From: a virus | Reading direction: 5' to 3' (one strand) | Length of the DNA: 64,000 bases | IMG/VR virus record: IMGVR_UViG_3300031951_000017 | Span: 32,001 to 96,000 of that record | Shown: positions 58,010 through 64,000 of the stretch, in pieces | Layout of the letters: every line of letters begins with the position of its first letter | How positions within the stretch are numbered: position 1 is the stretch's first letter | Notes under the pieces: generated by a model | Told to the model about the DNA's origin: nothing | The model's database searches: none | The model's input: the letters and a program-made list of their open reading frames with translations, nothing else | Translations under genes and position numbers: made by a program

Positions 58010-59949
58010 TGCCATTACCTTCAGATAAATTTGATAGTGCCGCAGGTAAAATTGATGGATTCAAAACCTATAAAGAAGTTTCAGCTGGAATCAAGGAACT
58101 CAAAGAAAAAGGTAGTAACTTTGAAGCAGCAGCAAAGGATAAAGCTCAGGGTATATCGTCAAAAGCTCAAGGTCTAACATCACAAGCAGAGTCCACGATA
58201 GCTTCTGCTAAAGATAAGGCAAAACAATTCCAACAACAGGCAACTACACAACTTGACCAACTATTACAATTAATTTCACTTAATACCGGAAATAGTTCAA
58301 GTACTGTTAATGCTTTGAAGGGTATATTTAACAAGGTTATTATTGCAACTTATAAACGAATCCCTGAGATTTTATTACAGGAAGCAATTAATGCAGTTGG
58401 GTGTTCCCAACAACAAGAATTTCAGCCTCAAGTTTTATATATTAAAGTCCCTTCCATTGATTTATTAAACATTCTTTTTTTATCACCAGATGAGCCACCC
58501 GGTAGATTTTGTTATGAAAAAGCACAGCCTCAAAATGGACAAGCTCCATTTGCCATGAATAAACTTCTTAATCAAATATTAAATCAAGAAAATGTACCCT
58601 TTCCTGGTTACATTGGTTTTTCAGGTAAAGAGTTGTTTGATATTGAATACGTAACTGTTGATGACCAAGGAAACTTTGGTGACTTTTATAAAGTAACGTT
58701 GAAAAATCGTTTATCCTTAAATGGTCAGGTACAAAACAAAGTTGGGGATTTTATTGTTGACTACTACAAGTCAATTAAAATTTTTGACGTGGCGTCAGTT
58801 TACCAATTAGTGATGGATTTAATTATGAATTCTTTTTCAATATCCGCTAATATAGGGACAAAACAGGTAGAATTAAAAAGTAAATTTGAGATTATATTAC
58901 AAAGAATTTTAGGTTTGTGTTTTGATAATACAAATGAAATTGACATTGCTGGTACATCAAAAGTATCTGAAACTGACGCAATTGACGAGTCATTTTTTCA
59001 ATTCACAGATATAGACCTCCGTAATATTGAAACCAAATTAAGTAATATTAGTCAAGGGGTAATTGAGTTTGAGAGTTGTGAAAATGTTAAACTTCCTGTA
59101 GATACTGAATTAATTAATTCACAACTTGATTTATTATTTGATGCGGATAATTTAGAAGACCAAATTGAGATTGCTAATAATTTAACCGACGTTATTGCTG
59201 ATAAATGGAAAAATCTATTAACAATACCCTATCTAGATTTTAAATTAAGTTTAGATTTATCTTTTATCAAAGAGTTACCAAAAGCGTTATGTACTGCAAT
59301 ATTATCACCAAAGGTATTATTACCAATTATGATAATGATTAAGGCACTTCAACAACAACTAGAAGCTGTTGACATTGAGGATTTTTTAAAGAAATTTAAA
59401 AAATTTATTATCAATTTTATGTCTAAATTAGGTGCAATATTTTTAGAAGAGTTATTTAAAGTCCTTAAAAAAGAAATAAGAAAACTTATCGCTTCAATAA
59501 TCTCTGACATTCAAGATGAAAGAGTTCAAAAGGCATATTTAATTATTTCCCAACTAGTTGAGGTAATTGAGATTGTTGTGTCTTTAATTAAAGATTATAG
59601 AAGTTGTAAATCTTTAATTGATGAAATATTAGCATTACTGAGATTAGCTGGTAATTTAGTAGGAAACCAATTACCATTCCCATTAGCGTTTGGTGCTCAA
59701 CTAAGGAGTGGTACTTCAGGGATACGTTCATTTATAAATACTATTGAGGAGATGCAGAAACTAGGAATACCTACAGGACCAATGCCCGACGGGTCACCAA
59801 ATTTAGGTATAATTTCAATGTTTTCACAATTACAAGGTCAAGAAAAAGAATCGGCCCAAAACTCTAAAACCACAACCGCATTACCAGCATTAACAGTATT
59901 ACCAGTAATGGTAACACAACCTGACCAAGCTGACGGATTAATACAATAG
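58009..59949 (+). CDS. Hypothetical large protein, probably structural
   Basis: 646-aa ORF upstream of the spike-like gene. Confidence 0.55.
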   Translation: MPLPSDKFDSAAGKIDGFKTYKEVSAGIKELKEKGSNFEAAAKDKAQGISSKAQGLTSQAESTIASAKDKAKQFQQQATTQLDQLLQLISLNTGNSSSTVNALKGIFNKVIIATYKRIPEILLQEAINAVGCSQQQEFQPQVLYIKVPSIDLLNILFLSPDEPPGRFCYEKAQPQNGQAPFAMNKLLNQILNQENVPFPGYIGFSGKELFDIEYVTVDDQGNFGDFYKVTLKNRLSLNGQVQNKVGDFIVDYYKSIKIFDVASVYQLVMDLIMNSFSISANIGTKQVELKSKFEIILQRILGLCFDNTNEIDIAGTSKVSETDAIDESFFQFTDIDLRNIETKLSNISQGVIEFESCENVKLPVDTELINSQLDLLFDADNLEDQIEIANNLTDVIADKWKNLLTIPYLDFKLSLDLSFIKELPKALCTAILSPKVLLPIMIMIKALQQQLEAVDIEDFLKKFKKFIINFMSKLGAIFLEELFKVLKKEIRKLIASIISDIQDERVQKAYLIISQLVEVIEIVVSLIKDYRSCKSLIDEILALLRLAGNLVGNQLPFPLAFGAQLRSGTSGIRSFINTIEEMQKLGIPTGPMPDGSPNLGIISMFSQLQGQEKESAQNSKTTTALPALTVLPVMVTQPDQADGLIQ

Positions 59950-59951
59950 TT

Positions 59952-60164
59952 ATGTCATCAGATATTAGAAAAAAAATATTAGAAGTTTCTCAAAATTGTT
60001 CAGAAAGAACAAATAAAGAACTTATTGAGTCTATGGATTTTTTAAAACAGGATTTTGAACAAACTAAGAGTAATATCATACATCTTACAAAACATTTAGA
60101 TGGGATAGAATCCGTTTATAACAAAATATTAACAGAATACGAAAAACGAATAAATGGTAGATAA
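59952..60164 (+). CDS. Hypothetical protein
   Basis: 70-aa helical ORF. Confidence 0.55.
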   Translation: MSSDIRKKILEVSQNCSERTNKELIESMDFLKQDFEQTKSNIIHLTKHLDGIESVYNKILTEYEKRINGR

Positions 60165-61698
60165 ACTTAAAGATAGTAAAATAATTTTTCCTGGTGAGGT
60201 CATTAGTAACCAAGACCCGTTATTTTTAGGTAGAATTAGAGCTAAAGATAAAACTAAAAATTTTTTAGATATCGTTGGTGCTAATCAAATAATATATTTG
60301 AATGAAACTAAAACTGACCTCGCTAAAGAATATTGGTGGGATAAGGAAAAAGACCCTTTTGTTTTTAACTCATTATTACCGATTGAATTGGGTACACGAC
60401 CCAAGGAAGGTGAGTACATTAACATTATATATATGAACAAGGATGTTAATTACCAAGACCAATATTATATCCAACCACCCCCTTCACAAATAACAAATAT
60501 TGGTAGGGACGTATACGAAAGTGCAGTTGGTAATACCGGACAAGGTTCACAAAATAAATCAGGTCCCGCATTAAAAGACACCTCAAATAAAACAGCTCCT
60601 GAGTCCTTTGGGGTGTTCCCAGAACCTAATGACACGGCAATTCTAGGTAGGAGTACATCTGATTTAATTATTCGTGATGATATTGAATCGGGTCACTCCT
60701 CAATTATGTTACGTTCTGGAAAATGTGAAACTTTAAAATCTAACACAAAACCTCTTCCCTATGATAAAAGAGCATTTATACAATTATCAGATTTTTCAAC
60801 AACTATAAATCCACCTGATAGTTTTTCATTTAATAATGTTTCTGAGGATGAACAACTTATTCGTTATTTAATTGAGTGGAATGTTCTTAATTTAGAAAAC
60901 CAATTTGATAGTTTTATATTTAATTTAACAATATATGAGTTAGCACCTAAAGATATTTTTACAACATCTAATTTTAATGAAAATACCCCATTAGGTTCAA
61001 ATGCAAAACTTTTTAAGACTTATACTTTTTATAATAAAACAAAAAATGATGTTGTAAAAATTACAAATAAATTATTAAAAGGTTTCAAAGACGGGACATG
61101 GAATTTACCTGATAGTCCTAAAGGAACTATTACTAATCAGTTTCCATTTGCATTTAGAGCTAATCCATTAACTTATAAATGGTTTGATGACCCAACCACA
61201 CCACAATTTGCTAATTTAAATTTAGTATATCCTAGAATAAGAATTTCACCTGCAAGTATTTTATCAGGATTTGGATTACAAGCTAATCCTGAACAGGAAG
61301 GACCACCGACAAAATCAACGCCATCTACATCTAAAATTAATACTAGTAACGCTAATAGAAATACCTTTGGTGTACAGGGTGCAAATAAGTTATTCTTATT
61401 ATCTCACAATTCATCTATAAGTGACAAAGGTGTAATTGATTTATCTAATTCAATTTATGGATTATCTCAACAACAAATAATGTCTGAGGTATATCCAAAA
61501 ACTGAACCAATGGTTAGGGGTGAACAATTAATGAAATTACTAGATTTAATGGTTAAATTTATGATTGCTCACGTACATCCTTTCCACGGAGTCCCACCAG
61601 TACCGACTGCATCGGACGGTACAACATCGGCACAGATACTTACAGAATTACAAAATGCACCTAATAATATTCTAAATCAAAATATCCGAATTAATTGA
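60154..61698 (+). CDS. Baseplate central spike (T4 gp5 / gpV-like)
   Basis: N-terminal OB-fold GEVISNQDPLFLGRIRA..LLP....PKEGE; C-terminal EPMVRGEQL...HVHP (HxH apex). Confidence 0.7.
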   Translation: MVDKLKDSKIIFPGEVISNQDPLFLGRIRAKDKTKNFLDIVGANQIIYLNETKTDLAKEYWWDKEKDPFVFNSLLPIELGTRPKEGEYINIIYMNKDVNYQDQYYIQPPPSQITNIGRDVYESAVGNTGQGSQNKSGPALKDTSNKTAPESFGVFPEPNDTAILGRSTSDLIIRDDIESGHSSIMLRSGKCETLKSNTKPLPYDKRAFIQLSDFSTTINPPDSFSFNNVSEDEQLIRYLIEWNVLNLENQFDSFIFNLTIYELAPKDIFTTSNFNENTPLGSNAKLFKTYTFYNKTKNDVVKITNKLLKGFKDGTWNLPDSPKGTITNQFPFAFRANPLTYKWFDDPTTPQFANLNLVYPRIRISPASILSGFGLQANPEQEGPPTKSTPSTSKINTSNANRNTFGVQGANKLFLLSHNSSISDKGVIDLSNSIYGLSQQQIMSEVYPKTEPMVRGEQLMKLLDLMVKFMIAHVHPFHGVPPVPTASDGTTSAQILTELQNAPNNILNQNIRIN

Positions 61699-61718
61699 TA
61701 TTTATCTAAAAAAGATAA

Positions 61719-63281
61719 ATGTCAATTCACAGGTCATATTTTTCAAAGAATAATACAATAATTTATAATTCTTTAATCAACACAGGTCAAAATCCTGTTG
61801 TTGATTTATTTTTTGGGTCGTCAAATGGTACGGTCTCTAGTCCTGGTTTTTCTAGATTAATTTTTGATTTAGATTTAAATACTCTATATGAGAAGTACAA
61901 TAATGGGACTTTAGGAAATAATTGTTGTAATGTGGTAACTACGACCACAACTAATTCAACTATTACCACTACAACTACCACGTCACCATTTTGTGTACCA
62001 AATATGAAACACGTATTAATGATGACCAATACTATAAAATTTGATGATTCATTAATCAACACATATAATTCTGATGATAGGTTACGTGCAACATCATTTG
62101 ATTTAGTTCTGTTTAGAATACCAAAAACCAATGATGGATTTCCACAATATTGGGATGAGGGTGTTGGGTATGACTATTATAATACTAATAAAACATTGAT
62201 TAAGGACAATGGTTATATTAACTTAACTGACCCAGAACAAGATAAACAAGTATCTGATAGACCTTCAAATTGGTACCAAGGAACGACATTAGAATTTTGG
62301 GGAACTCCTGGTATATATGATAACAAAAACTCAGGGACAACTAACTATTCAGGTCTTACAATAATTGCAAAACAACATTTTGAATTTGGTAATGAGGACA
62401 TCAATTTTGATATGACAGATGAAATTAATGGAATATTAACTGGTCAAATAACTGGTGTCACGGGATGGGGAATTGCGTTCTTACCTGACTTTGAGAACAT
62501 TACGGGACTAACATCTAATTATTCGGTTTCTTTTTTCTCAAGACATACTCAAACATTCTATGAACCATTTTTATTAACAACATATGATGATATAATCCAA
62601 GATGATAGAAATCTCTTTGTTGAGTTTCAAAATAATAAATTATACCTTTATGTTAATATTGGTGGTAAAATGCAGAATTTAGACACCGCACCAACTGTTT
62701 CTATATTTGACTCAAATGGTGACCCACTTACAGGAATGACAGATTTACCTTCTTGTCAGAGGACTTTAGGTGTTTATGAAGTATCTCTTCCCGAATTTGT
62801 TGGTTATTTTACACCTTGTACATTTACCGATAAATGGTCAAATGTATACTATAATGGTATAAAACTACCTGGCATTGAAAATGAATTTATTTTACAACCA
62901 TTTAATAAAAAATTCAAGATAGGCTCATTGTCAGTTGACCCACAAATCTATGGATTTGATTTTTACGGAATTAAACAAGATGAGAAAATATTAAATACTG
63001 ATATTAGGAAGGTGGGTGTTGTAATTAAAAAAGCTTATACTACTAATACACTTTTACCTTACGTTGACGCAAGTTATCGAATATATGTTAGAGAAGGTAC
63101 CACTGAGGTTCAGGTACAAGATTGGACAACAATTAATAGGACCCCAAATGAGTATTATTTTATATTTGACACTAGAGATAAAATACCAAATGAATATTAC
63201 ATTGATATTAAAGTAGAATCTAGTGGTCAAATAGATACTTATAAAAAACAGATTAAATTCCAAATAGTAAACAAAAAATGA
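61719..63281 (+). CDS. Structural protein with poly-Thr insert
   Basis: SRLIFD, WDEGVGYD, FFSRHTQTFYEP; VVTTTTTNSTITTTTTTSP. Confidence 0.6.
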   Translation: MSIHRSYFSKNNTIIYNSLINTGQNPVVDLFFGSSNGTVSSPGFSRLIFDLDLNTLYEKYNNGTLGNNCCNVVTTTTTNSTITTTTTTSPFCVPNMKHVLMMTNTIKFDDSLINTYNSDDRLRATSFDLVLFRIPKTNDGFPQYWDEGVGYDYYNTNKTLIKDNGYINLTDPEQDKQVSDRPSNWYQGTTLEFWGTPGIYDNKNSGTTNYSGLTIIAKQHFEFGNEDINFDMTDEINGILTGQITGVTGWGIAFLPDFENITGLTSNYSVSFFSRHTQTFYEPFLLTTYDDIIQDDRNLFVEFQNNKLYLYVNIGGKMQNLDTAPTVSIFDSNGDPLTGMTDLPSCQRTLGVYEVSLPEFVGYFTPCTFTDKWSNVYYNGIKLPGIENEFILQPFNKKFKIGSLSVDPQIYGFDFYGIKQDEKILNTDIRKVGVVIKKAYTTNTLLPYVDASYRIYVREGTTEVQVQDWTTINRTPNEYYFIFDTRDKIPNEYYIDIKVESSGQIDTYKKQIKFQIVNKK

Positions 63282-63889
63282 GAAAGATAAGACTAACTGA
63301 AAGTCAATTAATAAAGATTATTAAAAATGTCATAAATGAAGGAATAGATACTCCTAATTTCATTAATGACATTTTAGAAAAAATAGGTGATGTTGGTTAT
63401 AAAGGATTAACCGAAATCGAACAAACAATGATTGATTCATTTTCAAATGATATGTTTGATAAAGATAACATAATATTTTTAATTAATAAAAAAATAGCTA
63501 AGGGGGGGTTAAAATCTTTATCCGAAATTGAACTTTCATTCTATGAGGACAACTCACCAATTACTGACGAAGACGATGGAGGTCAAGATTATGTTGGTGT
63601 TTGGGATTATGAAAACCCACAAAGTGATTTAAATGGTATGCAATTTAGGTATCGTTCATCATATGATGAGGACGATGGTTTAATACATGAAGGTGAGCTA
63701 ATTGTTGGTGATTATAGTTTTTTTGGGAATGTTTATTGTGATATTGAGGGGAACTATGACACTTGTAGTTTTGAAACGGATGATGATGAACTTTTATTTG
63801 AAGTATTTAAGGGTAGTGAAAAAGAAGTTAGAAGATTTTTTGAACAGGTCTGTGACGATTTAAAAGGAAATTTTAATGAAATGTTATGA
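63278..63889 (+). CDS. Hypothetical acidic protein with an IRLTESQL leader and a duplicated helical motif
   Basis: MRKIRLTESQL..VINE; ILEKIGDVGYKGLTEIE and INKKIAKGGLKSLSEIE. Confidence 0.6.
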   Translation: MRKIRLTESQLIKIIKNVINEGIDTPNFINDILEKIGDVGYKGLTEIEQTMIDSFSNDMFDKDNIIFLINKKIAKGGLKSLSEIELSFYEDNSPITDEDDGGQDYVGVWDYENPQSDLNGMQFRYRSSYDEDDGLIHEGELIVGDYSFFGNVYCDIEGNYDTCSFETDDDELLFEVFKGSEKEVRRFFEQVCDDLKGNFNEML

Positions 63890-64000
63890 GAAATATAGAA
63901 CACAAAATAACTAGATTACTAAGAGAAGAAACTGAAAGATATATGTTTTTCAGTAATTTAGAACAAATGAGAAGACAATGCGATTTATTGTTAGATTTAG
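63886..64000 (+). CDS. Partial hypothetical protein; runs off the right edge
   Basis: ATGA overlap with the previous stop; MRNIEHKITRLLREETERYMFFSNLEQMRRQCDLLLDL... Confidence 0.6.
   Translation, partial: MRNIEHKITRLLREETERYMFFSNLEQMRRQCDLLLDL

Noticed and set aside
5565-63263. Many 60-170 aa ORFs in the track nested within or antisense to long genes (e.g. 6399, 7488, 8823, 11899, 20570, 42666, 44314, 46627, 61787)
   Set aside because: They overlap well-supported genes and have no recognisable motifs; stop-free antisense frames are expected from codon bias.
1-64000. Alternative genetic code (TAG or TGA recoding, as in some large Bacteroidota phages)
   Set aside because: Genes are full length and tightly packed under the standard code; TAA, TGA and TAG all end genes at sensible boundaries.
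1-64000. tRNA, rRNA, integrase or transposase genes
   Set aside because: None were recognised, and intergenic gaps are mostly too short; a tRNAscan-SE run would be needed to exclude tRNAs formally.

Overview
AT-rich (roughly 30% GC by eye), gene-dense fragment of a large contractile-tailed (myo-type, probably jumbo) bacteriophage read in the standard code. The host is most likely a Bacteroidota bacterium: starts are A-rich with no Shine-Dalgarno, and one promoter matches TTTG-N19-TAnnTTTG perfectly. Layout: (1) 1-17.4 kb, minus strand, tail/baseplate module: hub, wedge, OmpA-containing baseplate protein, tape measure, chaperone with a probable +1 frameshift partner, tube, sheath, tail terminator, neck. 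(2) 17.5-25.2 kb: SNF2 helicase, SOD fusion, neck protein, family B DNA polymerase. (3) 25.3-42.5 kb, minus strand: a GT60-like polypeptide GlcNAc-transferase, a GT31-GT34-methyltransferase fusion, two more glycosyltransferase-like genes and a 2OG-Fe(II) hydroxylase, interleaved with Thr/Pro-rich mucin-like virion proteins, a papain-like protease and a beta-helix fibre. (4) 45.2-57.6 kb: a second glycosyltransferase/methyltransferase cluster with dUTPase, exonuclease, PhoH and a gp55-like sigma factor. (5) Further structural genes. The leading hypothesis is a phage-encoded, eukaryote-like mucin-type O-glycosylation pathway encoded next to its own substrates. Other signals: a recurring [S/T]-G-x-[S/T] motif in virion proteins, a TATTTAT candidate late promoter before 15 genes, apparent absence of GATC, a hairpin in the polymerase leader, and several genes missed by the ORF track. 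All family assignments come from motif recognition, not database searches.
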